Below the pieces are notes generated by a model, which was not told where the DNA came from, did no database searches, and saw nothing but the letters and a program-made list of their open reading frames with translations. Below are positions 9,639 through 18,223 of a stretch of DNA of 64,000 nucleotides, piece after piece (the first letter of the stretch is position 1; each line of letters opens with the position of its first letter). The position numbers and the translations under genes were made by a program. Source of the stretch: an uncultured Verrucomicrobiae bacterium (GTDB taxonomy: Bacteria; Verrucomicrobiota; Verrucomicrobiia; Limisphaerales; Palsa-1400); the NCBI GenBank assembly GCA_963702845.1, contig OY969763.1, positions 3,712,001-3,776,000 of the forward strand, given 5' to 3'.

Positions 9639-10866
9639 CTAATACGTAAGCTTCAACAAAACCCCCTGCCCCGGCTGCACCCAAACATTTTCCCCACCAA
9701 AATCCTCTAACAAACCCGAGTACAGGCGAAACCTTTTGCACCCGTCGCGGCGGCCGAATGTAATGCGGATGGCACGCTGCCGATTTGACCAGGTCCTTGT
9801 TCGTTAACACAACGTATCGCGACCTGTCGTGATGCGTGAACTCGCCACAAACAAAATCGCCACCGTCGCACGCGGTCACGAGGCTGGTTGGCCTTGGTCC
9901 GTGCGCACCCTCCGGGATGTTTGTGAAATGATGGGTGTCGTTACACGTCAATTGCAGCAACGTCGGCGCGAGCTTTTGCACCTGTAGATTCACATTCTGC
10001 ATGTTGTGCCAGGCCGGTGTTGGGTTGCCGAATTGATCCATCGGCGCGCCGCGATAATTTCCGGTGGGCGGGGCAAAATACGTGAAGTAAGCAATCCCTC
10101 GCGCGCCATAGGCCAAAGCCGAATAAACCTCAAACCGCAAATCCGCCGCGCTCGGCTCTCGATAATTGAAGTGCCCGACCGACAGCAAAATTGCACAGAA
10201 CGGAATTCCACTCGCGCGCGAAGCCGCATGGACCTGCTCCAGATTTTGCCAATAACCATTGCGCAACGTCCCGTCATCCATCAACGCGTAATGATCGTAA
10301 CTGATAAATGTCGGACGACAGTCAGTCACGAACAGTTGCAAATACTGCGCGTAGCTCAGCCCCTCGAGTTGATTGTTGTCGGCGTAGTTCGGATACAAAT
10401 TAATGTAAGGCCATTTTCCGGGCGCAGCCTCGTGAAGGAGCGCGGCAATTCTGCCGAGCCCCGGCAAATAAGCCGGCGGTGGCTCATCACGAAGGTAAAA
10501 CCCGTAAACTGCCGGGTGCTTCCCGACCTGCGCGACCAAACTCAAAATATTACTGCGCGCCACACGCTCATCAATATGGGTCCAGTCATATCCGCCGCAT
10601 CGAGGATCGGAAACAATCGCTTTGAGCCCGGCCGAATAGCATAAATCCAACCCAGCCACCGGCACAAACCCCGCCACATTCAACCCACACTCTGCCATCC
10701 TCTGGAAAACTCCCAAATCCACCGGCGGACTATTCCACGCCATGATCGGAAAAAAATTCGTTGCATTCGACTGCGCCCGCGCGGTCACTCCGAGCGCAAC
10801 CAAAAGCAAAATGCTGGAGAGGATATTCCGAAGTCGCCCTAAGAAAGGTTTCTGCACACTGGACAT
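9639..10866 (-). CDS. secreted TIM-barrel glycoside-hydrolase-like protein (1-nt frameshift near 9724)
   Basis: Signal peptide; GFYLRDEP, YINLYPNY, ISYDHY, LAYGARGI motifs; the shifted frame gives the natural end YSGLLEDFGGENVWVQPGQGVLLKLTY* (TAG 9641-9639). Confidence 0.7.
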
Positions 10867-10970
10867 AAACCGAATCTACCCCGATACCTCGGGAAGAAAA
10901 GTCCTTATAAATTGCGCGCGTTCCGACAACTTGAATCGCGGCCTTCACGTCGGTTGAGCGTTCGAGAAGA

Positions 10971-11045
10971 TGGTGCGCGCTGTAGGGTTTGAACCTACGA
11001 CCCCTACCGTGTGAAGGTAATGCTCTACCGCTGAGCTAAGCGCGC
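10971..11045 (-). tRNA. tRNA-Val(CAC)
   Basis: GCGCGCT acceptor stem, TAGCTCAGCGGTAGAGC D arm, TTACC-TTCACAC-GGTAG anticodon arm, GGTTCAAA T loop, encoded CCA. Confidence 0.95.
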
Positions 11046-11060
11046 CCCCAGAGTCCAAAA

Positions 11061-11089
11061 ACATTAAATTTAATCCGCCCTCTGAGCAA
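11061..11089 (-). promoter_or_regulatory. putative sigma70 promoter of tRNA-Val
   Basis: TTGCTC-N17-TAATGT, ending 15 nt before the tRNA 5' end. Confidence 0.55.
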
Positions 11090-11120
11090 GCGTCTTTTGC
11101 TTCGGTCACTACACCACCAT

Positions 11121-12011
11121 CTATCCCAGTAGTCCGGGGTCGAACAACATGGACTCGATCTGCTTACTTTTTTTGCGCTTCGGGGCATCTGCAATCGGCT
11201 TCACCACTCCCGCAATCACTGCACGCGCCACTTCCATATACTCCGCATCGATGTCATAACCGATGAACGTCGGGACCCCACACTGTTGCGCGGCGACTGC
11301 CGAATGACCAATCCCAACGAACGGGTCCAACATTACCATGCCGGGTTTGATTCCGTGAATCTTGATGCAGTTGACCGCCAGAGCGACCGGAAAAGTCGCC
11401 GGATGCGGTCGTTCCTTCGAGCGGTTGACGATCGTCTTATACGGAATAAACCAATTATTGCCACGACATCGCACATCCCGCCCTCCCGTATGCGCCCAAC
11501 GTTTGATATTCGACTTGTCGTTATATGGCACCCCAAGATTCAACCGTTCCATCGGCGTGTCGCCGTTCCTAGTCAGGTGAAAAATATATTCGTGGCAATC
11601 GTTCACGTACCGTTGTGAATGAAGCGGTTTGAAGTGCCCCGATGAAATCTGTTGTCCATCCTTCGTCTCCACCGTGATCGATTTGATCCAATGAAATGTG
11701 TTCTGGAGAACCAATCCGACCTCCGACTTCAACGCCACCACCAACTCATGCGGAAGCAAGGGATTGGAAGGCGATGCGCCCAGGTTGAGAAAAAACGAAC
11801 CGCGCTCAGTCAGGACGCGATTCACCTGCGTTGCCCATTCGCACGACCATTTGAGATAATCCTCGCGCGATTTCTTGTCCTCGTACTTGCGATATTTAAT
11901 CCCAAGATTATAAGGCGGCGACGTGACCACGAGATCGACCGACCCATCGGCCAGCGTCTTCATCCGCTCGACACAATCGCCAACCTCGAGGGTGAATTGA
12001 GTTTCTCGCAT
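11121..12011 (-). CDS. site-specific DNA methyltransferase (N4-C/N6-A, beta class), orphan
   Basis: Catalytic VVTSPPYN near the N-terminus, HPATFP, SAM-binding LDPFVGIG near the C-terminus. Confidence 0.9.
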   Translation of the reverse strand: MRETQFTLEVGDCVERMKTLADGSVDLVVTSPPYNLGIKYRKYEDKKSREDYLKWSCEWATQVNRVLTERGSFFLNLGASPSNPLLPHELVVALKSEVGLVLQNTFHWIKSITVETKDGQQISSGHFKPLHSQRYVNDCHEYIFHLTRNGDTPMERLNLGVPYNDKSNIKRWAHTGGRDVRCRGNNWFIPYKTIVNRSKERPHPATFPVALAVNCIKIHGIKPGMVMLDPFVGIGHSAVAAQQCGVPTFIGYDIDAEYMEVARAVIAGVVKPIADAPKRKKSKQIESMLFDPGLLG

Positions 12012-12108
12012 TCCCGTCGATTGTAGGAAAGAACGAGCTGACTCACAAATTTGAAATATGAAGGTGAAATTTGATATTCACCACAGCCCTGCGTTATCTT
12101 GACTGGGT

Positions 12109-12567
12109 ATGCAACTCGACGAGACACAGAAACAGAAGGTCACGCAGTGGATCAACGAGGGCCAGAAGCTCTCCGAAATCCAGAATCGCCTCGAAAAAGA
12201 ACTAGGCCTGCGCCTGACCTATCTCGAAGTCCGGATGCTGGTCGATGATCTTAAACTGAAACCGAAGGACCCGGAACCGCCGGCGCAACCGAAACCACCG
12301 GAGGTCGAAAAACCTGCCGAGGAGATCGCCCCAGAACCGGGTATACCTGGAAACGTCAAAGTGGCCGTCGACCAAATCGCCCGTCCCGGCGCACTCGTCA
12401 GCGGCAAAGTTACTTTCAGCGACGGCAAAGGTGCTGAATGGTTCCTCGATCAAACCGGACGTCTCGGAATCGTGCCGCCGGAAAAAGGATACAAGCCGTC
12501 ACCAGAAGATTTGCAGGCATTCAATATCGAGTTGCAGAACGAATTCCAGAAACTCGGATTGGGTTAG
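12109..12567 (+). CDS. hypothetical protein
   Basis: 152-aa ORF: helical N-terminal domain, Pro-rich linker, beta-rich C-terminal domain (VSGKVTFSDGKGAEWFLDQTGRLG). Confidence 0.75.
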   Translation: MQLDETQKQKVTQWINEGQKLSEIQNRLEKELGLRLTYLEVRMLVDDLKLKPKDPEPPAQPKPPEVEKPAEEIAPEPGIPGNVKVAVDQIARPGALVSGKVTFSDGKGAEWFLDQTGRLGIVPPEKGYKPSPEDLQAFNIELQNEFQKLGLG

Positions 12568-13532
12568 GCAAAAGACTCGGCAGTCAGTTCGACAATCCGT
12601 CTGAGTGAAGTCGATGGTCGGAACCCGGTCGTCTGCACCAGTCGCTCAATCACCGGCTTGCGTCTAAGCATGTCCTCAAACCCGGGCGCGTAGGCTTTTT
12701 CATAAGGCACAAATTCGATCTGCGATTTCGAATTAGTGATCTCAAGCACGAGCTTCGCCAAATCGAGAATGCTGACTTCCTCGGGATTGCCCACGTTGAA
12801 GACACTGCCTCGCGACGCCGAACAATTCTGCAATCGCACCAACGCCTCCACGGTGTCTTTAACGTAACAAAAGCACCGCGTCTGCTTGCCGTCGCCATAG
12901 ACGCGCAATGGATCGCCACGTTTGGCCGCCGCGATAAATCTGGGCAAGACCATCCCATATTGTCCCGTCTGCCGTGGACCGACGGTATTAAACAATCGGG
13001 CGACAACCACAGGAACCTGGCGTTCGTTGGCGAAGGCGAGCGCCAGAAATTCGTCCATCAACTTCGAGCAAGCATAGCTCCAGCGCGAAAACTTCGGAGG
13101 CCCAATCAGTAAATCATCGTCCTCGGAAAATGCCGGCTTGGTGCTCTTTCCATAAACTTCGGAGGTAGACGCGAGCAGAACAGGAACCCGATTTTCAGCG
13201 ACTGCGTGCAGGATGACCTCAGTCTCATGAAGATTAGTCTCAATCGAGCGCACACACGACTGAATCACCAACTCCACCCCAACCGCCGCCGCAAGGTGAT
13301 AAACACTCTCACACTGCGAGACGATCGTGTTGAGGTCTTTGCAATCTGAAACTTTGGATTGAATGAACGTCAGGCCGGCTCGGTCCTTAAACCCGCTGAG
13401 ATTCTCAATCCTGCCGGTCGACAAATCGTCGATAACGGCAACTGCCTTCCCGTCGGAGAGCAGTCGTTCCACCAGGTGCGAGCCGATAAAACCGGCTCCA
13501 CCTGTCACAAGAACTTTCCCGTGTGGGCTCAT
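12564..13532 (-). CDS. NAD-dependent nucleotide-sugar epimerase/dehydratase
   Basis: GGAGFIG, STSEVYG, YACSK (YxxxK), RLFNTVGPRQ. Confidence 0.92.
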   Translation of the reverse strand: MSPHGKVLVTGGAGFIGSHLVERLLSDGKAVAVIDDLSTGRIENLSGFKDRAGLTFIQSKVSDCKDLNTIVSQCESVYHLAAAVGVELVIQSCVRSIETNLHETEVILHAVAENRVPVLLASTSEVYGKSTKPAFSEDDDLLIGPPKFSRWSYACSKLMDEFLALAFANERQVPVVVARLFNTVGPRQTGQYGMVLPRFIAAAKRGDPLRVYGDGKQTRCFCYVKDTVEALVRLQNCSASRGSVFNVGNPEEVSILDLAKLVLEITNSKSQIEFVPYEKAYAPGFEDMLRRKPVIERLVQTTGFRPSTSLRRIVELTAESFA

Positions 13533-14674
13533 GGTTTCGGAATAGATGGAAACGCGTTCGCGACTGCTTGCGCGAGTTTCTGCCGATATTCCGGCGTGTT
13601 GATCAAAGTGGCCTCGTGTCGATTCGAAAGATATCCGCCTTCGATCAAAACTGCTGGCCGCCGCTGTGTGCGCAATACCGCCATAAATCGGGCACGCCGC
13701 ACACCGCGATCGGATGTCGCAATCGCGCTCATCAACGAACGATGCAACCGCATCGCCCAGACAAAATTCTCCCGATCAAACGCATTGTTCGGCCAATTGT
13801 AGTATGGGTCATCTGTATACCCGCGCGTGAGATTCGCCGGCATCCCAAACGGCGTCATGCAATACGTCTCGATCCCGGACTCCGTGCCCATAGTTGAACC
13901 AGCATTAAAATGTAGGCTCAAAAACAGATCCGCCTGCACGCGATCGGCGACAGTGACGCGGTCATGCAGCGGAATATCGACGTCATTGGTGCGCGTCAGA
14001 TAAACCTTCCAACCGTTGCTCGCGAGCAACGTCTGCAAGCGCAACGCCCAATCGAGCGTGAAGTCCTTTTCAAATTTGTTACCGACAACACTCTTGGTCC
14101 CGCGCTGGTCACCACCGTGACCAGGATCGATCACTACGACGCGCCCATGTAACGTGGCGGGCCGTTGCTGGATAAGTGGCAAAAAGCTTTTCTGGATATC
14201 CAGACCATTCACTGCGATTTCGTGCGAAACAATCTGAGGAGTAAAACCAAGTAGAAAACTCAGCCCGTTCCATTTGGCAAACTGACTTCCTACGGAAAAC
14301 TCAAGCCGGCCCGAAGGCGCAACGAGTTCCAGTTTCGGCTGAGAACCACCAGACACAACATGCACCTGCCCCATCCCATTCACGCCTGCCCAACGTTCAA
14401 TCCCAACCCATCCGTGAATCGGTTCCGGTTCCTTCGGCTGAGGTGCGGGCGCTGCAACAGGAGCTGGTTTCACTACCGCTACCGACGGATTGGTGCGCGG
14501 TTTCGCAACGGGAGCCATGACAGCCGGCGGTGCGGGTTTTGCAACCGGAGCAGTTTCTGGGGAGGGCATCAACGTGACACTCGTGCCGATATTCGAAGTC
14601 GAGCAACTGGCGACAAACAGTGTCGCCGCAATCGCCAACGCGCCTCCAACTCGCACGAGAATCACACGTTCCAT
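13529..14674 (-). CDS. N-acetylmuramoyl-L-alanine amidase (Amidase_3), probable lipoprotein
   Basis: Lipobox-like VASC; IDPGHGG, LTRTND, LSLHFN, VLIEGGYLSN. Confidence 0.9.
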   Translation of the reverse strand: MERVILVRVGGALAIAATLFVASCSTSNIGTSVTLMPSPETAPVAKPAPPAVMAPVAKPRTNPSVAVVKPAPVAAPAPQPKEPEPIHGWVGIERWAGVNGMGQVHVVSGGSQPKLELVAPSGRLEFSVGSQFAKWNGLSFLLGFTPQIVSHEIAVNGLDIQKSFLPLIQQRPATLHGRVVVIDPGHGGDQRGTKSVVGNKFEKDFTLDWALRLQTLLASNGWKVYLTRTNDVDIPLHDRVTVADRVQADLFLSLHFNAGSTMGTESGIETYCMTPFGMPANLTRGYTDDPYYNWPNNAFDRENFVWAMRLHRSLMSAIATSDRGVRRARFMAVLRTQRRPAVLIEGGYLSNRHEATLINTPEYRQKLAQAVANAFPSIPKP

Positions 14675-14722
14675 GGACGGGCATTGTGCGCAAACCGCCG
14701 CAAAAGTGAAGCTAAACTCAGA

Positions 14723-15985
14723 TTAGGCGAGATACGGAATCGTCAACGGTCCCTGCGGCAACACAGCCACTCGCGCATTCGGGCCGAGTTCCGCCAATTT
14801 TTGCCGCACCGTTTCACCAATGTCGTGGCAGGGAGTGAGGAAAACCCGGCGCACCATGTCGTCCGGCAACGAACTGTGAAGGAGAACATTGGCGCGGCGT
14901 TGGATCAGTGCTTGAATCTGCGCCTGCCACTGTTCCGGGCGAACAAACCCGGGCGTGCTGAGCATGGTCAGAATTTCTTCCGGACTTTTCGCGCTCAGTA
15001 AGAGTTTTTCAAGCGGGCTCTTCGGCGGAATACCTTCGCAACATTCGCACGCCAAAATCATCATGCCACCCGACTCGATAATTCGCGCCGCAGCGCTCAT
15101 ACCTTTGACGCCCTGATAAAGATTCAAGTCCAGCGGATATCCGCTGTTGGTCGTGATGACGATTTCAAAAGGTGCTTTGACCTTTTGCATCGCGGACTTG
15201 CGCACAAATTCGAAACCAACTTTGTGCGCTTGCAAAATATCGCCCGCGAAAACCCCAGTGATGCCGCGATCGTTGTTAAGGCTGACGTTGAGGAGAAACG
15301 ATGAACCGATGCGTAGCGCGATGTCGCGCAATTCTTCCCAGAGCGGGTTTCCATCAGTGATGCCAAAAGTTGCTTTCGGGTCGCCGATATTTTTCGCGCC
15401 ATGATTGCTCATCACGGTCTCCAGCCCAGCGCATCCGGGCATGATGCCTTTGATGCCGCCGCTGAAACCGGCGAAGAAATGCGGTTCGATAAACCCAGTG
15501 ATGATCCGAACATCAGCCTGGGCGAGCGTGCGATTCAACAGCGCAGGCGTTCCGTCGCGCGTCGTGCCGAATTGAACGAGAGCATCGGGGTTTTCCGGCT
15601 CGTGATTGATGACGCGGTAATTGCGAACCACCTCAGGCGTGAGCAGCTTTTGCAACTCCTCTCGGGTATTCGGTCGATGCGTCCCGAGCTGATTCAACAA
15701 CGTGACGTTCTCGCGCGGAACGAAATTCAAATATTCGAGCAACCAGGGAATCAACCGATGATTTGGAGTCGCTCGGGTCAGGTCAGTGAACGCGATCACG
15801 ATCCGGTCCGTCGGCTTAATCCAATCGCGCAGCGGCTTTGTGCCGATTGGGTTGGCCAAGGCGGCCAGCACGGCGCCTTTTTCGTCGTCCAATGCGGGAC
15901 TATGCGATGGCTCGATGACCGTGGTGCGGTCATCGGGCAAATCGACGGCAATATGGCCCCGTCCGTATGCGAGTTTTACTTTCAC
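14723..15985 (-). CDS. larA: LarA-family nickel-pincer-dependent racemase/epimerase
   Basis: DLTRATPN, GTHR, IEPHFFAGFSGGIKGIMPG, GYPLDLNLYQGVKG. Confidence 0.85.
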   Translation of the reverse strand: MKVKLAYGRGHIAVDLPDDRTTVIEPSHSPALDDEKGAVLAALANPIGTKPLRDWIKPTDRIVIAFTDLTRATPNHRLIPWLLEYLNFVPRENVTLLNQLGTHRPNTREELQKLLTPEVVRNYRVINHEPENPDALVQFGTTRDGTPALLNRTLAQADVRIITGFIEPHFFAGFSGGIKGIMPGCAGLETVMSNHGAKNIGDPKATFGITDGNPLWEELRDIALRIGSSFLLNVSLNNDRGITGVFAGDILQAHKVGFEFVRKSAMQKVKAPFEIVITTNSGYPLDLNLYQGVKGMSAAARIIESGGMMILACECCEGIPPKSPLEKLLLSAKSPEEILTMLSTPGFVRPEQWQAQIQALIQRRANVLLHSSLPDDMVRRVFLTPCHDIGETVRQKLAELGPNARVAVLPQGPLTIPYLA

Positions 15986-16085
15986 TGCGGCGCTAGCGTA
16001 GTCGAAAGAACAGGTACGGCAAAGCGGTTTGTCATTCGGGCTTTAGCCGATTGAGCTTTTCACGGCGACCGCCATACTCAGAAGT

Positions 16086-16394
16086 ATGAAGTCGAAGAAA
16101 AGCGCCCAACCAGTCACACGCAAACGACCGGCTGACATTCAAACATCCATTCGCGAAATTCTTCAAGACGATTGGAACCCGAGTGGATTTGAAGACCTCT
16201 TGCCTGAAGATGTTCAAGCCCATTACATCCTTCCGATTTTGCGCATCCTCGCCGGCAGTCGATCGGAGCGGGAGCTTCTCGACTTCCTGTATCGCACCGG
16301 AGCAGGCTTCGGCGGTGTCGCGCCGGCAACATCAACGGACTACGACCACCTCCGTCCGATCGCACGAAAACTTCTTACGCTGAAGTTTGTTTGA
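16086..16394 (+). CDS. small hypothetical protein
   Basis: 102-aa ORF; IREILQDDWNPSG resembles W-D-P-type small helical proteins. Confidence 0.6.
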   Translation: MKSKKSAQPVTRKRPADIQTSIREILQDDWNPSGFEDLLPEDVQAHYILPILRILAGSRSERELLDFLYRTGAGFGGVAPATSTDYDHLRPIARKLLTLKFV

Positions 16395-16431
16395 CGTGAA
16401 GATTGAGCGTCGCGATGGAAACCTATTTTCC

Positions 16432-16463
16432 TTTAGCGTTTGGCTTTTAGCATTTAGCCTTAG
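16432..16463. repeat. degenerate heptamer tandem repeat (TTTAGCN x4)
   Basis: tttagcg tttggct tttagca tttagcc just upstream of proB. Confidence 0.5.
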
Positions 16464-16469
16464 TTTTTT

Positions 16470-17543
16470 ATGCATCGAGACGGATTGAAGAGCGCCAGCC
16501 GGATTGTCGTCAAGCTCGGCACCGGTGTGCTCACCGACAGCCGCAAGCAACCCGACCTTGTGCAAATGCAACAGTTGGTGTCGCAAGTGGCGGCGCAACG
16601 GGCTGCGGGCAAGGAAGTCGTGTTGGTCAGTTCGGGAGCGGTCGGCGCGGGCATGGGAGTGCTGGGACATGACAGGCGCCCGGCCGAATTGGCGGAGCTG
16701 CAGGCCTGTGCGGCCATCGGCCAATCGCGTTTGATGGCCATTTACGAAAAACTTTTCGGCGAATTCAAGCTGGCGGTTGGCCAAGTGCTCTTGACGCATG
16801 ACGACCTGCAACATCACGAGCGCCACCTCAACGCTCGCAATACTCTCGTTACGTTACTCAAACGCGGCGTTGTGCCAATTATTAACGAGAACGATGCGAT
16901 TTCATTTACCGAACTTAAATTCGGCGACAACGATAAACTGTCGGCGCTGGTGTCGTGTTTGTTGCCGTCGGATTTATTGGTGATTCTCACGACTGTTGAT
17001 GGGTTGATTGAAAATTTTGGCAAAAAGAATCCGCGCACGATACCGACCGTCGAGAACCTCGATGGCACCATTGAAGGACTGGCGGGCGGTGCGGGTAGTG
17101 AGACATCGGTTGGCGGAATGGCGTCGAAAGTCGAAGCCGCGAAGATCGTGATTCGCTCCGGAATTCCGCTGGTGATCGCCTCCGGCAAAAAGAAAGCCGT
17201 TTTGGCGAACATTCTGAACGGAGACGAGGAAGGCACGATCTTCGTCCCGCAGCAAACGAAACTGACTGGACGCAAACGTTGGATCGCGTTCTTCCATCAT
17301 CCCAAAGGTGCGCTGTTCGTCGATGAAGGCGCGCGCACGGCTTTACGTGAAAAAGGTAAGAGCCTGCTGCCGCCGGGTATTTCGCGGTGTGAAGGCGATT
17401 TCGCCGCTGGCGACGTGGTTCGCCTTTGCGACGTGAACGGAACGGAATTTGCGCGCGGCATTTGCGATTTTAATTCAAAGATCGTCCAGACGCGAACCGC
17501 GCCGGGCGTTGTTGTCCACCGCGATAATTTGGTGATCCTGTAA
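16470..17543 (+). CDS. proB: glutamate 5-kinase
   Basis: IVVKLGTGVL, VSSGAVGAG, PIINENDA, FGDNDKLS, GGMASK, C-terminal PUA domain. Confidence 0.96.
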   Translation: MHRDGLKSASRIVVKLGTGVLTDSRKQPDLVQMQQLVSQVAAQRAAGKEVVLVSSGAVGAGMGVLGHDRRPAELAELQACAAIGQSRLMAIYEKLFGEFKLAVGQVLLTHDDLQHHERHLNARNTLVTLLKRGVVPIINENDAISFTELKFGDNDKLSALVSCLLPSDLLVILTTVDGLIENFGKKNPRTIPTVENLDGTIEGLAGGAGSETSVGGMASKVEAAKIVIRSGIPLVIASGKKKAVLANILNGDEEGTIFVPQQTKLTGRKRWIAFFHHPKGALFVDEGARTALREKGKSLLPPGISRCEGDFAAGDVVRLCDVNGTEFARGICDFNSKIVQTRTAPGVVVHRDNLVIL

Positions 17544-17547
17544 ATTG

Positions 17548-18210
17548 ATGAAGAAGAACACTGAAGCTCTCAACGAGCTTATTCGCGTTATGGCGAAGCT
17601 GCGGTCGCCGCAAGGCTGCCCGTGGGACCGCGAGCAGACGCACAAATCGATTCGGTTTTACCTGATTGAAGAAGCGTATGAGTTGCTCGACGCGATCGAA
17701 GCGGAGGACGATCACGAGATGGCCGAAGAACTCGGCGACTTGTTGTTGCACGTCATTTTCCATTGCCAGCTTGCCCGTGAACGTGGGGCGTTCGATTTCG
17801 AGAATGTAGCAAAGCACGTCACCGAGAAATTGATTCGGCGTCATCCGCATGTCTTCGGTGAAACGAAAGTAAAAGACATCGCAGAAGTTTGGGCCAACTG
17901 GGAGCAGATCAAGAAGGCCGAGAAACATGGCACTAAACACGCACGTCCGTCGGCACTCGATGGAATTCCACGACATCTCCCGGCCATGCTCCGCGCCGAA
18001 AAACTCGTGAAGAAAGCGCGTCGCGGGAAGCTCATTGCGCCTGCGAAAAAGACCATCGCTCAAAAGTCGGCCATCGCGAAAAAACTTTTTGCTCTAGCGC
18101 AAACAGCGGAAGCCCACGGCTGGTCCGCTGAAGAACTGCTGCGCACTGAAGTTGGCGCGGTTGAAAAGAAGCTCCGAAAGCAGGAGCAATCCAGACAGTC
18201 GAAAGCCTAA
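17548..18210 (+). CDS. mazG: MazG-family nucleoside triphosphate pyrophosphohydrolase
   Basis: LRSPQGCPWDREQTH, EEAYE, EELGDLL, KLIRRHPHVF. Confidence 0.9.
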   Translation: MKKNTEALNELIRVMAKLRSPQGCPWDREQTHKSIRFYLIEEAYELLDAIEAEDDHEMAEELGDLLLHVIFHCQLARERGAFDFENVAKHVTEKLIRRHPHVFGETKVKDIAEVWANWEQIKKAEKHGTKHARPSALDGIPRHLPAMLRAEKLVKKARRGKLIAPAKKTIAQKSAIAKKLFALAQTAEAHGWSAEELLRTEVGAVEKKLRKQEQSRQSKA

Positions 18211-18223
18211 GTTCTCCGAACGC

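Noticed and set aside
10971..12011. Integrative element at tRNA-Val
   Set aside because: No integrase and no duplicated tRNA 3' end found; the methyltransferase lies on the 5' side of the tRNA
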